Below, piece by piece: positions 48,839 through 60,378 of a DNA stretch of 64,000 nt. Below the pieces are notes generated by a model, which ran no database searches, was not told the DNA's origin, and saw nothing but the letters and a program-made list of their open reading frames with translations. The stretch comes from an uncultured Acetatifactor sp. (lineage in GTDB: Bacteria > Bacillota > Clostridia > Lachnospirales > Lachnospiraceae). The stretch lies in contig CAJUIA010000011.1 in assembly GCA_910586485.1 (NCBI GenBank), forward strand, positions 43,276-107,275, in the 5' to 3' direction. Each line of letters begins with the position of its first letter. Position 1 is the first letter of the stretch. Both the position numbers and the translations under genes were made by a program.

Positions 48839-48878
48839 AAAAACAGCCCTTTCTGTAAATCCGCAAATTTCCTTCCGC

Positions 48879-50168
48879 TTAAGCTTCCAGAAGCTTCTCT
48901 ACGCTCACCAGCTTCACACAGAGAACAAACAGCTCCGTGGCCATAGCCATTTCCTCCGGCGTGGGGAAGGACGGCGCAATACGAATATTGCTGTCTTTCG
49001 GATCCTTTCCATAAGGAAAGGTTGCTCCGGCGCCCGTCAGGGTCACGCCTGCTTCCTTACACTTTGCCACAATCGCCTTTGCACACCCCTCTAAAGCATC
49101 AAAGGAAATAAAATAACCACCGTTAGGTTTTGTCCATTCTCCTATTTCCAGGCCTCCCAGCTCTCTCTCCAGTGTCGCCTCCACCGCTTCGAACTTAGGA
49201 CGCATCAGCGCAGCATGCTTCTTCATATGCGCCTTAATCCCGTTAATGTCTTTAAAATAACGAGCGTGACGCAACTGATTAATCTTGTCATAGCCGATGG
49301 TCTGGATGGTCAAAGACTTCTTGATACACTCCAGATTTCCCACGGATGAGGCAATGGCCGCCACGCCGGAGCCGGAAAAGCTGATCTTGGAGGTGGAAGC
49401 AAATTCGTATACCATATCGGGATTTCCTGCCTTTTCACACTCGCTTAAGATCTCCAAAATCTTGTCCTGCCGCTCTTCCTCATCGTAAAGGTGGTGAACC
49501 GCATAAGCATTATCCCAGAAAATACGGAAATCCTTTGCCGCCGGCTTCAGATTTGCAAATCTTCGTACCGTCTCGTCGGAGTAAGTATAGCCCTGAGGAT
49601 TAGAATACTTGGGCACACACCAGATGCCCTTGATACTCTCGTCCTCCGCCGCCAGCTTCTCCACCAGATCCATGTCCGGGCCCTGGGGCGTCATGGGTAC
49701 GGTGATCATTTCAATCCCGAAATGCTGGGTAATGGCAAAATGCCTGTCATAGCCCGGAGCCGGACACAGGAATTTAACCTTGTCAAGCTTACACCAGGGC
49801 GTATTCCCCATTACGCCGTGAGTCATGGCGCTGGATACCGCATCGTACATCACGTTCAGGCTGGCATTTCCGTATATAATCACGTTTTCCATGGGAACTC
49901 CCATGATGTCCGCCATCATCTGCTTTGCCTCATCCAGGCCGTCCAGTACGCCATAGTTCCGCACATCCACACCGTTCATGCTCTTCATATTACTTTTTGA
50001 GTTGAAAACATCAAAAATGTCCATTCCCATATCAAGCTGGGCCACAGACGGCTTTCCTCTGGACATATCCAGCTTCAGTCCCATTCCCTTTGCTTTTTCA
50101 AAATCCTTCTCCAGCTGCTCCTGCAATGATAACAGCTCTTCTCTGCTCAATTCCCGGTATGCTCTCAT
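48879..50168 (-). CDS. PLP-dependent aminotransferase class I/II
   Basis: LDMSRGKP, PGYDRH, VPKYSNP.G, WDNAY, STSKI, IRIAP. Confidence 0.9.
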   Translation of the reverse strand: MRAYRELSREELLSLQEQLEKDFEKAKGMGLKLDMSRGKPSVAQLDMGMDIFDVFNSKSNMKSMNGVDVRNYGVLDGLDEAKQMMADIMGVPMENVIIYGNASLNVMYDAVSSAMTHGVMGNTPWCKLDKVKFLCPAPGYDRHFAITQHFGIEMITVPMTPQGPDMDLVEKLAAEDESIKGIWCVPKYSNPQGYTYSDETVRRFANLKPAAKDFRIFWDNAYAVHHLYDEEERQDKILEILSECEKAGNPDMVYEFASTSKISFSGSGVAAIASSVGNLECIKKSLTIQTIGYDKINQLRHARYFKDINGIKAHMKKHAALMRPKFEAVEATLERELGGLEIGEWTKPNGGYFISFDALEGCAKAIVAKCKEAGVTLTGAGATFPYGKDPKDSNIRIAPSFPTPEEMAMATELFVLCVKLVSVEKLLEA

Positions 50169-50284
50169 ACTGCCTCCTCAAACTTGCCTGACAGCCATGC
50201 CGCCATGGATTATTGTATACAATCATACAATGCACTTGCACTATCATACTACAAGACGCCGGATTTCACAAGAGAGAATTTAAA

Positions 50285-50326
50285 AAAACTGCCGCTCTAC
50301 GAATGATATTCGTTAAAGCGGCAGTT
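50285..50326 (-). terminator. Terminator after rny
   Basis: AACTGCCGCT..AGCGGCAGTT with A-tract on the plus strand (U-tract on minus). Confidence 0.65.
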
Positions 50327-50369
50327 CTCTTCTCTTATGAAATTTTTAAGTTCAAACTGTCTGTTCTGG

Positions 50370-51923
50370 CTATTTTGCGTACTCGATCACGCGGCTTTCA
50401 CGGATAACGTTGACCTTGATCTGTCCGGGATATTCCATTTCCGTTTCAATCTTCTTGGAAATATCACGCGCCAACAGAACCATATCGGCATCTGAAATCT
50501 GCTCCGGCACTACCATAACACGAACTTCACGACCTGCCTGAATAGCAAAAGATTTATCTACACCTTTGAAATTGTTTGTTATTTCTTCTAATTGCTTTAA
50601 TCTGCTAGTATAGGTTTCCAGTGTTTCCCTTCTAGCCCCTGGTCTTGCGGCAGATATTGTATCAGCAGCTTGTACAATACATGCAATCAGGGATGTTGCC
50701 TCCACGTCGCCGTGGTGGGACTCTACCGCATTCACTACAACGGAGTTTTCCTTGTACTTTCTGCACAGCTCCACGCCAAGCTGAATGTGGGAGCCTTCCA
50801 TTTCGTGATCCACGGATTTGCCGATGTCATGGAGTAATCCGGCGCGCTTTGCCAGCCTGACATCCAGCCCCATCTCTGCGGCAAGAAGTCCTGACAGCTG
50901 TGCAACCTCAATGGAATGCTTTAACGCATTCTGGCCGTAGCTGGTTCTGAACTTCATCTTGCCCAGCAGTCTGACAAGCTCTGGATGAATTCCATGCACG
51001 CCAACCTCCAGCGTTGCCGCCTCGCCTTCCTCCTTCATCATCAGTTCCACTTCTTTTTGCGCTTTTTCCACTGTTTCCTCAATTCTGGCAGGATGAATTC
51101 TTCCATCCACGATCAGCTTTTCAAGCGCAATCCTCGCCACCTCACGACGGATGGGATCAAATCCTGACAGAATAACTGCCTCAGGCGTATCATCTATAAT
51201 CAGATCCACACCTGTCATGGTTTCCAGGGTACGAATGTTACGCCCCTCTCGGCCAATGATTCTTCCCTTCATCTCATCACTGGGAAGCTGTACGACGGAA
51301 ATTGTAGTTTCAGAGACGTGGTCTGCCGCACATCTCTGGATCGCATTCACCACATATTCCTTCGCCTTTTTGTCTGCTTCTTCTTTGGCGCGACTCTCCA
51401 TTTCCTTGATCATCACGGCCGTTTCATGCTTTACTTCGTCTTCAACAATTTTCAATAAGTAGTCTTTTGCCTGTTCAGAGGTTAACCCGGAAATTCGTTC
51501 CAGTTCCTGTACACGCTGCTCGTTCAGCTTGGAAACTTCTTCTCTCATCCTGTTCAAAGATTCTTCCTTCGCCGTTAAGCTCGCCTCGCGCTTTTCAATC
51601 GCGTCTGCCTTTTTATCAATGTTCTCTTCCTTCTGCTGAACCCTGCGCTCATACCGCTGCGCTTCCGCACGCCGTTCCTTGATTTCCTTGTCAAGTTCAT
51701 TCTTGGTACGAATGGACTCTTCCTTTACTTCAAGGAGCGATTCGCGCTTCTTTGTTTCAGCCGTCTTAAGAGCTTCATCAATAATCTCTCTTGCCTTATC
51801 CTGTGCACTGCCAATGGTTGACGCAGCGGATTTCTTCTGAACGTTTATCACGATCAGCGCCGTTACTGCCGCAGATACAACTATGGCGGCTACAAGGATA
51901 AGAGCCCAAATGTATGCCGGCAT
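50370..51923 (-). CDS. rny: Ribonuclease Y
   Basis: N-terminal TM, coiled coil, KH ([12 protein letters not shown]), HD (LLHDIGK), SAARPGAR. Confidence 0.97.
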   Translation of the reverse strand: MPAYIWALILVAAIVVSAAVTALIVINVQKKSAASTIGSAQDKAREIIDEALKTAETKKRESLLEVKEESIRTKNELDKEIKERRAEAQRYERRVQQKEENIDKKADAIEKREASLTAKEESLNRMREEVSKLNEQRVQELERISGLTSEQAKDYLLKIVEDEVKHETAVMIKEMESRAKEEADKKAKEYVVNAIQRCAADHVSETTISVVQLPSDEMKGRIIGREGRNIRTLETMTGVDLIIDDTPEAVILSGFDPIRREVARIALEKLIVDGRIHPARIEETVEKAQKEVELMMKEEGEAATLEVGVHGIHPELVRLLGKMKFRTSYGQNALKHSIEVAQLSGLLAAEMGLDVRLAKRAGLLHDIGKSVDHEMEGSHIQLGVELCRKYKENSVVVNAVESHHGDVEATSLIACIVQAADTISAARPGARRETLETYTSRLKQLEEITNNFKGVDKSFAIQAGREVRVMVVPEQISDADMVLLARDISKKIETEMEYPGQIKVNVIRESRVIEYAK

Positions 51924-52011
51924 CTACAGGAGCACCTCCTTTATTTGATTTTCATTGTACATGAACAAGCATTTTACAACAGTTAAATTTTAAACTTAAA
52001 AAGAGCTAATG

Positions 52012-52635
52012 TCAAGCCTCAATATCTTCAGCTTTTAAAACCTTTCTTATCGTTTCACCGGAAAAGCCCTTTCTGAGCAGGAAAGCATAGGTTTTCTGCC
52101 GCTCGCGGATTTCCGCCTTTTCCGCATCATATCCCCTTTTTTCCAGAAGCACCCGAATCATGGAAGCCTCATCCTGACTTCCGCCCAGCTCCTCCCATCT
52201 GGCCCAGGCCTGCTCCAGAGTGGCCCGCTCAATTCCTTTTCCCAGCAGGTCCTGCTCGATCCGCCGCCTGCTTCTGATATTTTCATGACCGGTAATATAA
52301 TCACAGGCATACCGCAGATCATCCGTATAATGAAAGCCCGCCACGTAAGCAAGCGCTTCTTCAATTATCCTCTGGGGATAAAATCCCGCTCTCAGCTTGT
52401 CGCGCAGCTGCTTTTCCGTATATTCCCGCTTCGTCAGCAAATTCATGGCGCGCAGCTTTGCCCGCTTCGGCAGCACCTCTTCCATAATTTCATCATAATC
52501 CCTTTGAGCGATCTCCGCCCCCGCGCACAGATGATAAGAACGCAGTTCGCCCTTGTACAGGACAAAGGCGAACTCTCCGTCAATATATACCTTGCTGCGG
52601 GAAGCAGACAGCTCTTCTAAAGCTGTAACAATCAT
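52012..52635 (-). CDS. recX: Regulatory protein RecX
   Basis: [27 protein letters not shown]; overlaps recA stop. Confidence 0.9.
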   Translation of the reverse strand: MIVTALEELSASRSKVYIDGEFAFVLYKGELRSYHLCAGAEIAQRDYDEIMEEVLPKRAKLRAMNLLTKREYTEKQLRDKLRAGFYPQRIIEEALAYVAGFHYTDDLRYACDYITGHENIRSRRRIEQDLLGKGIERATLEQAWARWEELGGSQDEASMIRVLLEKRGYDAEKAEIRERQKTYAFLLRKGFSGETIRKVLKAEDIEA

Positions 52636-53735
52636 TCCTTTTCACTCTTCTTTTTGGAGGGCTTAGATGCTTCACTGCCGGCCCCGGCGTCTGCCGCTTT
52701 GTCTGCTGCCGCTTTATCCGCTTCCTCTTTGGCCTTTACACCCTCGAATCCGTAATGCTCTCTCACCTTTTGACTGATTGCCTGACAGATCTCCGCATTA
52801 TCCTTTAAATACTGCTTTGCATTTTCCCGGCCCTGACCGATTTTATTGCCCTCATAGGCATACCATGCCCCGGACTTTACCACAATGTTCAGCTCTGCCG
52901 CCAGATCCAGAATATCGCCCTCCCTGGAAATGCCCTCGCCAAACATAATGTCAAATTCCGCTTCCTTAAACGGCGGCGCAATCTTATTTTTTACTACCTT
53001 CACCCTGGTACGGTTACCGATGATCTCACCGCCCTGCTTCAGGGATTCAATACGGCGCACATCCAGGCGTACAGAGGAATAGAATTTCAATGCCCGGCCT
53101 CCCGTAGTAGTCTCCGGATTTCCAAACATCACTCCTACCTTCTCACGAAGCTGGTTGATGAATACTACCGTACAGTTTGACTTGCTGATAACCGCAGTCA
53201 GCTTTCGCAAAGCCTGGGACATCAGACGGGCCTGCAGGCCCACATGACTGTCACCCATGTCCCCGTCAATCTCCGCCTTGGGAACCAGGGCGGCCACAGA
53301 GTCCACAACCACTATGTCCACGGCGCCGGACCGGACCATGGTCTCCGTAATTTCAAGGGCCTGTTCTCCGTTATCCGGCTGAGAAATATACAGATTGTCA
53401 ATATCTACGCCGATGTTTTTTGCATACACCGGGTCAAGAGCATGCTCCGCGTCAATAAATCCCGCAATGCCGCCCCTTTTTTGCACCTCCGCGATCATGT
53501 GGAGGGTAACGGTGGTTTTACCGCTTGATTCCGGTCCGTATATCTCCACAATCCTGCCCTTGGGAATGCCTCCCAGCCCCAGAGCTATATCCAGGCTCAA
53601 TGAGCCGGTGGGAATCGTCTCCACATTCATCTGTGCGGAAGGATCTCCCAGCTTCATGACCGCTCCTTTTCCATACTGCTTCTCGATCTGACTGATCGCC
53701 GCATCTAACGCTTTCAGCTTTTCATCTTTTTCCAT
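52632..53735 (-). CDS. recA: Recombinase RecA
   Basis: [43 protein letters not shown]. Confidence 0.99.
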   Translation of the reverse strand: MEKDEKLKALDAAISQIEKQYGKGAVMKLGDPSAQMNVETIPTGSLSLDIALGLGGIPKGRIVEIYGPESSGKTTVTLHMIAEVQKRGGIAGFIDAEHALDPVYAKNIGVDIDNLYISQPDNGEQALEITETMVRSGAVDIVVVDSVAALVPKAEIDGDMGDSHVGLQARLMSQALRKLTAVISKSNCTVVFINQLREKVGVMFGNPETTTGGRALKFYSSVRLDVRRIESLKQGGEIIGNRTRVKVVKNKIAPPFKEAEFDIMFGEGISREGDILDLAAELNIVVKSGAWYAYEGNKIGQGRENAKQYLKDNAEICQAISQKVREHYGFEGVKAKEEADKAAADKAADAGAGSEASKPSKKKSEKE

Positions 53736-53754
53736 TTGAAATCTCCTTTTGTCC

Positions 53755-53807
53755 AGAACAAGCGTTCTTGTCCTTTTTAGGATAAAACATTTGTTCCTGT
53801 TTGTCAA
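53755..53807 (-). promoter_or_regulatory. recA promoter with two LexA (Cheo) boxes
   Basis: AGAAC-AAGC-GTTCT (53755-53768), GAAC-AAAT-GTTT (53785-53796, minus), TTGACA-N17-TATCCT on minus. Confidence 0.82.
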
Positions 53808-54205
53808 TTACATTTTGTTATATCTTCGTTATATCACAGTCAAAGTCCATTAAAACTCTCTCAAAGTACAACACCTCCCGTTATTTTATTGTTTACAGAG
53901 TCCATGCCAAGAGCCTTTTGTTTCGCACCAGTGCATAGTAATAACTGCGTTAAAATAATAACATATGGTATTTTATTTACAAAAAGCGATCCTGCTGCTC
54001 TGCAGCCACTGCTCCCCACGGCTTCTACACTGTCTTTTGAAGCCTGCTGTCTTTTTTCTGTTTTTCGGTGTGTTTAAGGCGAACTGCCTTATCGGATTTC
54101 CCGAAGGAACAGATTGGATTGTACGGGAATGTACAATCCGAAGTCTGATACCTTTATATGATACTATAAATTTTTAAATAAAACAAGCCCTTTTTACTGC
54201 CATCT

Positions 54206-56134
54206 TCATAACCACTCTCTGAAATACCCCTTGTGTTCACGCTTCACCTCATAAAGCGCCTCATCCGCATGGCTTAACAGCACCGCCACCGAAGCGTCCG
54301 GGGACTCCGTCCACTGAAATCCGGCAGAGGCCCCGATGATTCTGGTCTCCGTATCCGACAAAACTGCGGGCATATTTTTCAGTGCCAGATAAAAGTTATC
54401 CAGAAAGCCGATTACCTGCTGTCTGTCCCGGCAATGATGGATCAGCATACAAAACTCATCCCCGGAGCGTCTGGCTGTCAGAAAATGTTCCTCCGGCATG
54501 GACTGCATAACCTTCGCAAAGGTCTGCAGATAGCGATCCCCCGTATTGTGGCCAAAGGTATCATTAACTTCCTTAAAATAATCCAGGTCCAGCATGACAA
54601 CGGCACAGCCTCTCCCGGAGGATGCACTCTCCATAATTTCTGCCGCCTGCTGCTTAAAATACTCATATTTGCACAGCCCTGTCAGTGCGTCATGAGTATT
54701 TTCATACAGCATTTTCTGCTTCTCCATCATCTCCCGGCTGGCATCAATGATGACTCCCAGACACCCCTTCTCCCCGCCGGCTCCATCGTCGCTCTCGGAC
54801 ATATGTATACGCACATATTTTCCTTCCCGCACAGGGTAAATGTCCTGCTCTCCTTCCACGGGCTTCTCCGTGATCTTGTGAATATACCTGTCAAACAAGT
54901 CCGCATTGCTGCAAAGAGTCTCCGACCGGGAAGCCGAAAGCTCCAGCAGTGCCCTTACCCCGGAAGTAACAAAGACATAGTTTTCCCCCTTTTTATACTC
55001 AAAAGCCGCCAGGGGAAAACCGCTCATGTCAATAATAGCGGAAATTCTGTTGGAAACGCTGACGATGCTTTTTACCATGGCATTGATGCCGCTGCTGAGC
55101 TCTTCAAATTCCCGGTTTCCGCCGACAGCCACCTGCACGGCCAGATTTCCGTTGGTGATGGTCGTTAAATTTTCATTGATGCTGTGGATCCCGTCAATCA
55201 CCTTGCGTTTCACCAGATAATTCAGCAGCAGAATCACCGCGATCTCAATGCACAGCAAACAGACAAAGATACTGATCACATTCACCAGCAGCTTGGAAAA
55301 CAGCATTTTCCGTGGAAATGCCGCGCAGATCAGAACCTCTTCATAAGGCCGGCTTGCCACATACATCATACCGCCCTCCGGCCCCTTTACAAAAGCCCCC
55401 TCTTCACAGTCAAGAAGCCGTGACAGCTCATAACATTCCGCCGTAAATGCCCGGTCCATGCCTCCGGAATGCCCCAGCACCTCTCCCGTGGCACGATCCA
55501 CCACATAAAGCTCTTCCCCTGCATCGGTGGGAAACTTGGCGAAAATATATTCATAGGTATTTCTGGATTCTGCCTCCAGCTTCCTGGTGGGTGCAAATCC
55601 CACCTGTATAATACCCTTCTGGTCTCTCCTGGCCACCCCCACATACTGTCTGATCACCCCTTCCGCCGCATTGGGCTGGGGCTCCTGAATCAGATAAGCA
55701 TCCTCCCCGCCCTCCAACAGGGCCAGGAACTCGCGGGTCTGCGGGTGATTCGCCATATCAATGCCGATATACTGTGCAACGGAGGCGGACACAATGATAC
55801 CGTTTCCGTCGATAACATGAAGCTCATCCACATTAAGCAGATTCGCTAAATACTGCAGCTCTTCCACATCCAGGTACATTTCCCGCTGCCGCTCCAGCAC
55901 ATAGGCCGCCGCCCTTGCTCTGGTGAGATAATCCTCGCCCAGATTCTCGTTCAGCAGAGCCAGTTCTTCCTTATTATTTTCCAGCGTATGGATCACCTGA
56001 TCAATTTTTGTGTGAAAGGCAGTAAGCTTCTGCCCCTCTATAGAACGAACGCTGAACATAAAATTAATGAAAAGTATCAGCAAAATAGCTGTTGTCACAA
56101 TGGCAAGAGTATATTTTATAAATATTTTCTGCAT
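54206..56134 (-). CDS. Membrane-bound sensor diguanylate cyclase (extracellular sensor, HAMP, GGDEF)
   Basis: Two TMs, HAMP-like segment, HDALTGL, DLDYFK.VNDTFGH..GD, RRSGDEF. Confidence 0.9.
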   Translation of the reverse strand: MQKIFIKYTLAIVTTAILLILFINFMFSVRSIEGQKLTAFHTKIDQVIHTLENNKEELALLNENLGEDYLTRARAAAYVLERQREMYLDVEELQYLANLLNVDELHVIDGNGIIVSASVAQYIGIDMANHPQTREFLALLEGGEDAYLIQEPQPNAAEGVIRQYVGVARRDQKGIIQVGFAPTRKLEAESRNTYEYIFAKFPTDAGEELYVVDRATGEVLGHSGGMDRAFTAECYELSRLLDCEEGAFVKGPEGGMMYVASRPYEEVLICAAFPRKMLFSKLLVNVISIFVCLLCIEIAVILLLNYLVKRKVIDGIHSINENLTTITNGNLAVQVAVGGNREFEELSSGINAMVKSIVSVSNRISAIIDMSGFPLAAFEYKKGENYVFVTSGVRALLELSASRSETLCSNADLFDRYIHKITEKPVEGEQDIYPVREGKYVRIHMSESDDGAGGEKGCLGVIIDASREMMEKQKMLYENTHDALTGLCKYEYFKQQAAEIMESASSGRGCAVVMLDLDYFKEVNDTFGHNTGDRYLQTFAKVMQSMPEEHFLTARRSGDEFCMLIHHCRDRQQVIGFLDNFYLALKNMPAVLSDTETRIIGASAGFQWTESPDASVAVLLSHADEALYEVKREHKGYFREWL

Positions 56135-56234
56135 GGCAGATCACCTTTCGCTTACATTTTGGCAAAACGGTCCCTCTGTTACCATTATACTGCTTTTTGA
56201 TGGCTCCGCTTTTCTTTTTCTTCGCAAAAATTAC

Positions 56235-56833
56235 CTAAAATTTCACAAACAAGATGATGTAAAAGCTTCCGTTTTCCCATTTGCAGTCAAGGCTGCCCCC
56301 TGTTTTATCTGTAAAGGCCGACACGCTCTGCATCCCAAGGCCATGCCCTTTCCCCCGTGTACTCATGGGCAGACCAGTGCAGGCGTTAAACCGAATCCCG
56401 CCGTCGCACGGATTTTCAGATTACGCTCGGAGCGCTCCAAAAGGTTGTACTGGTTTTCCAGCCCCTTTATATATGAACCAAACAGTACGTTTTTCCAATA
56501 AATTTCCGTCCGCTTCGATTCACTCTCCACATATCGCAGCACCACTGCATAAGACACAAACATGGTCAGGATAAACAGCACCACGCCTGGAATATTGTCC
56601 GGAATTTCATAGAGGGTATGAGGAAAAAAAGCCAAAAAAGAAAAACCACAATAAAAAAAGACGGGAATCAGACATAATCCCCACCACTCTTTGATGGAGC
56701 TGCTCTCATATGTCTGCAGCCAGGTATTCCTTAAACACACATAAAGGAAAATCAAAATCCCTGTATGTACCAGAAGGCTGCCTGCAAGAGCCAGAATCTC
56801 ATTTCCGGTGCAGATCTGCAGAACCGAGGCCAT
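56235..56833 (-). pseudogene. Internally deleted, frameshifted GHKL (AgrC-like) sensor histidine kinase
   Basis: TM part ends at ..ERNLKI just before the H-box; another frame continues ENPCDGG..GKGHGLGMQSV..ENGSF..* (ATPase tail). Confidence 0.82.
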
Positions 56834-56848
56834 AATGCTGCCCGCTCC

Positions 56849-57583
56849 TTAACCGTATCTCTCCAGCGCATAAGAAAGATATTCTCTTTTCACATCCGCC
56901 ATTCGAGATTTACTTACAGGAACCGCTCTGCCGCTCTTCATCACAATGCTTCTCTGCCCCAGCTTCCACACATATTTCATATGAATCACAAAGGATTTGT
57001 GAACCTGCATAAAGCTGTTGTCGTTCACCAGACTCCGAACCTCGTCCTCAAAGGATTTCCTGATAAAAATGCTTCGGATATGCCTGCCGTCTGCCAGGTG
57101 GACCGTCAAGGCTCTGGATGAGCTCTCAACATATTCAATTTGCGAATACGCCGCAGATTCCAGCCCATCCTTTGTCTTGACGAGAAAAAAGGCATCCTCC
57201 CTGGCTCTGATGCAGGAAAACGCATGATCCAGCGCTTCCAGAAAATCCTTTTCCTTAACCGGCTTCAGCAAATACCTGCCGGCACGTACCCCGTAAGCAT
57301 CCAGTGCAAAATCGTCAGACAGGGTAATATAGATAATCTCACTGTCGCTGCAGCTTTTTCTCACTTCAAGGCCTAAGTCTATTCCGGTCTTTCCGTCCAT
57401 CATCATATCCAGTATATAAATGTCTGCCCGTGCTTTCTCCTGCAGCTTCCGATACAGGAGAACAGCATCCGAATACGTTTCCAGCTCAAAATCCGGCCGC
57501 GGATGCTGCTCTCTGTATTTCAGGAGCAGTTCTTTTATTTTCAGCAGGTCTTCCCTGTTGTCGTCGCAAATTACTATCTTCAT
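56849..57583 (-). CDS. LytTR-family response regulator
   Basis: ICDD, ILDMMM, YLLKP; LytTR I.YVES..F.QVHKSFVI. Confidence 0.92.
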   Translation of the reverse strand: MKIVICDDNREDLLKIKELLLKYREQHPRPDFELETYSDAVLLYRKLQEKARADIYILDMMMDGKTGIDLGLEVRKSCSDSEIIYITLSDDFALDAYGVRAGRYLLKPVKEKDFLEALDHAFSCIRAREDAFFLVKTKDGLESAAYSQIEYVESSSRALTVHLADGRHIRSIFIRKSFEDEVRSLVNDNSFMQVHKSFVIHMKYVWKLGQRSIVMKSGRAVPVSKSRMADVKREYLSYALERYG

Positions 57584-57651
57584 GCTTCCCTCGGCAGGCT
57601 AAGTCAATCCGGTTTCAATACATATGTTATTCTATAGCATATTGCTAAAAG

Positions 57652-59022
57652 CTACCACTCTTTCTTAAGCTCCATATTCCAGTCCACGGCAAAGGGTCCG
57701 CCTGCCTGAGCTTCCATGCTGCTTACCAGCTCTGCCCGCTCGGCGGCGCTGCTTCCTGCATCCTCCAGGGACTCTTCCGCCCAATAGGAATAACCATAAA
57801 GGTAGCTTTTGTTAAAATCCTCCCATGAATCATAAAGAGTCTGCGCCTTCTGCGCTGCCTCCAGCATCTTATCCATCGCTTCCTCATAGGTGCAGTAACC
57901 GCCTGCATAGCCAAAGCCCATAATCGTTCCCACCCGGCTTAAATCCCAGGCTGCAATGGCTCCGTCCCCGTATGCAGACCAGGCGTCGTAAGCCGCCAGC
58001 AGGCTGATACAGGTTTCTTCATCTAAGCTTTGTTCCTTCAAGCCTGCCTCAAAGGCATCCCGGTCCGTCTCTCCGGTGCCATTGTATTCATTCAAAAGTG
58101 CCAAGGCATCCGGATTATGAAGCCCCTGGATCAACTGATCTGCCATCTCCAGCAGATCCTCCGTACTTTCTATGCCCCAGCTGTTGGACAAACTCTGCCG
58201 GGCCTGGGAAGCCAGCATCTCCAGCTGACTCTCATCAGCCCCCAGATCCACCATCATTTTATAAGTCTCTCTTAAGTTTGCCCCGTTCACGGAATCCAGC
58301 ACCGCCGTCATCCCGTTAATAAAGTCATTGGTCCCCCGTTCGCCCAGTCCTCCCAGAACCTCCAGGGCTGCGATCTGTCTGGCCTCTTCCACATCATCAT
58401 CATTTCCAATGATAATCAGCGAAAAATAGCAGTCTTCCGACTCAGCATAATATCCGTATGCCTGTCCCCTGCTCATTCCGCTTTTTGCCACACCTTCTCT
58501 GGCAATCGTTTTTACGGCGCCTGCAGCAGGCGACGCATCCGCTTCTTCCCAGTTCACCGTTAAACCGGTCCCGTTTAAAAGCATATTCGTTATATGCTCC
58601 GCGTAATCCTCCAGGCTGTCCATGCTGCCCGTATATCCGGGAACGGCTGCCTTGGAGCTTCCCAGAGAAACGGCGGTAAAGCCCGTGCGCGCAGTTCCGG
58701 CGTCCAGCTCCATCATGGTGGAGCCTGCCTGCAGCTGCATATCTTCCTGGGTCATTCCCTCAAACAAAACCACCTTATAAACACCGTCTACGGAAACATA
58801 CTCCGCCGAAGCCGGAAGGTCTTCCGCTCCCGAAGCTTCTTCCTGAGAAGATTCCCTGGTCTCTTCCTCCGAGGAACTGCCTGGCGTCACGTCCGGGGTA
58901 CTGCCTGACGTTCTGTCCTCCGTGCTGACGGAATCCCTGTCTGCCGTCTCCTTTGCATCTGAGCAGGCTGTAAACAGCAGCCCCATGGCCGCCGCCAGTA
59001 ATAATACTTTTACTTTTTTCAT
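57652..59022 (-). CDS. Lipoprotein with C-terminal DUF1266-like domain
   Basis: Lipobox LFTAC; L...WGI, AWDLSR, Y.SWEDF..SYL.G..YW. Confidence 0.72.
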   Translation of the reverse strand: MKKVKVLLLAAAMGLLFTACSDAKETADRDSVSTEDRTSGSTPDVTPGSSSEEETRESSQEEASGAEDLPASAEYVSVDGVYKVVLFEGMTQEDMQLQAGSTMMELDAGTARTGFTAVSLGSSKAAVPGYTGSMDSLEDYAEHITNMLLNGTGLTVNWEEADASPAAGAVKTIAREGVAKSGMSRGQAYGYYAESEDCYFSLIIIGNDDDVEEARQIAALEVLGGLGERGTNDFINGMTAVLDSVNGANLRETYKMMVDLGADESQLEMLASQARQSLSNSWGIESTEDLLEMADQLIQGLHNPDALALLNEYNGTGETDRDAFEAGLKEQSLDEETCISLLAAYDAWSAYGDGAIAAWDLSRVGTIMGFGYAGGYCTYEEAMDKMLEAAQKAQTLYDSWEDFNKSYLYGYSYWAEESLEDAGSSAAERAELVSSMEAQAGGPFAVDWNMELKKEW

Positions 59023-59038
59023 AAAAATGCCCTTTCTT

Positions 59039-59776
59039 TTACTTTTTTCTGCTTTTCATGAACATTTCTTTTCTTTTATCATATTCACTCTCAGACAGCA
59101 TCCTTCTGCCGTCCGTATCAATAGCCGAATTTTTATCTGTCAGCATATCCAGAATCTCATTGACCTCTGCTTCCTTGGCCTCCGATATAAGCTCCGTCCC
59201 GTTCTTTGTGAGAAGCCTGATATTTTTGCTGTACATTCTCACTCTTTTACCGTTTACGTTAGCCGTATAAGAGGTTTCTACCAGATATGCCTCTTCAATA
59301 TCCTCGATCTTGGCCAGGTTATTCATACAGATATAATCCTTTGTCAGAAAACATTGGGTGCGTGTCGTCCCCAAAAACATAACTAATGTTCCATCCTCCA
59401 GCGCCTGACCCGCAAAATCCCGAACAGTACTTTCAGGGTAGCCGCTGGCCTCTTTTGTTTGCCTGATCCAGTCCTCTTCGTTTGATCTGCACCGCTTAAT
59501 ACCCGACCAGATCAGCAACAGCCCCGGAACGAAAAATACCAGTCCCACAATCCCGAAAAATACGTTTTCCCCCAGCGCTGCCGATAAATCCTCGCCACTG
59601 AACGCCATTGCCGCAAGCACAAATAAAATGGCTCCCCCGATCAGGGCCAAAAGCAGACCGCAGATAATCAGCGCAATTCCACCGCCTCTGGTGTTTTTCA
59701 CCATCGCTGCATAAAAACCCCTGGGATAGTGCTTCTCTCGGTATTTACTGTCCATTACCACCTTTTTATCAGCCAT
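59039..59776 (-). CDS. Hypothetical 2-TM membrane protein
   Basis: 245-aa ORF with GGAAGGGG RBS. Confidence 0.7.
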   Translation of the reverse strand: MADKKVVMDSKYREKHYPRGFYAAMVKNTRGGGIALIICGLLLALIGGAILFVLAAMAFSGEDLSAALGENVFFGIVGLVFFVPGLLLIWSGIKRCRSNEEDWIRQTKEASGYPESTVRDFAGQALEDGTLVMFLGTTRTQCFLTKDYICMNNLAKIEDIEEAYLVETSYTANVNGKRVRMYSKNIRLLTKNGTELISEAKEAEVNEILDMLTDKNSAIDTDGRRMLSESEYDKRKEMFMKSRKK

Positions 59777-59796
59777 TATACAGATTGCCCCCTTCC

Positions 59797-59994
59797 TTAA
59801 AATTCCACTCTCTGAAGCAAAATCAATGCAATCAGCCCCAAGACTGCTAATGCCCCGCCGTAAATCCTTATGGTCAGGATCCCCTTCTTTGTTTCCGTAA
59901 GAGACTTCTTACCCATTTTCTTCGGCGCAATGATCATTAATATTCCTATTACCACGGTGACCACCATCACTCCATTGGTTATCAGCCTGTACAT
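59797..59994 (-). CDS. Small 2-TM membrane protein
   Basis: 65 aa, co-oriented with 59039-59776; AAGGAG RBS upstream. Confidence 0.55.
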   Translation of the reverse strand: MYRLITNGVMVVTVVIGILMIIAPKKMGKKSLTETKKGILTIRIYGGALAVLGLIALILLQRVEF

Positions 59995-60378
59995 TTTTTC
60001 TCTCCTTCCGCATCGTCACTGTTTATTTTAAGCCAAACTCCGGCAGAATGCAGGGCGGCGGCCGCTCCGTACCGCAAGTGCCCCCCCCAAATCACAAAAC
60101 AGCTTTTCTATGTACATATCCCGCTTATCCTCCTGACCCCATTCATCCTTTGAAAATAAATCCGAATTCTCCGCTCAACGCAACAACAATCCGGCAAGCT
60201 GCCGGATTGTTGCAGTACATACTATTATTATACATAAACCTGCCCGTGAGTCAACCAAAATCAACCATAGCCTGCCGTCCATAGCAGTTCAGACACCCCA
60301 CAATCAAGCGAAAGCGTATCTGCATGAGAATGACAGCCGATTAAGCGCCGTCAGATTGTGAGAAGCTGAAACTGCTTA

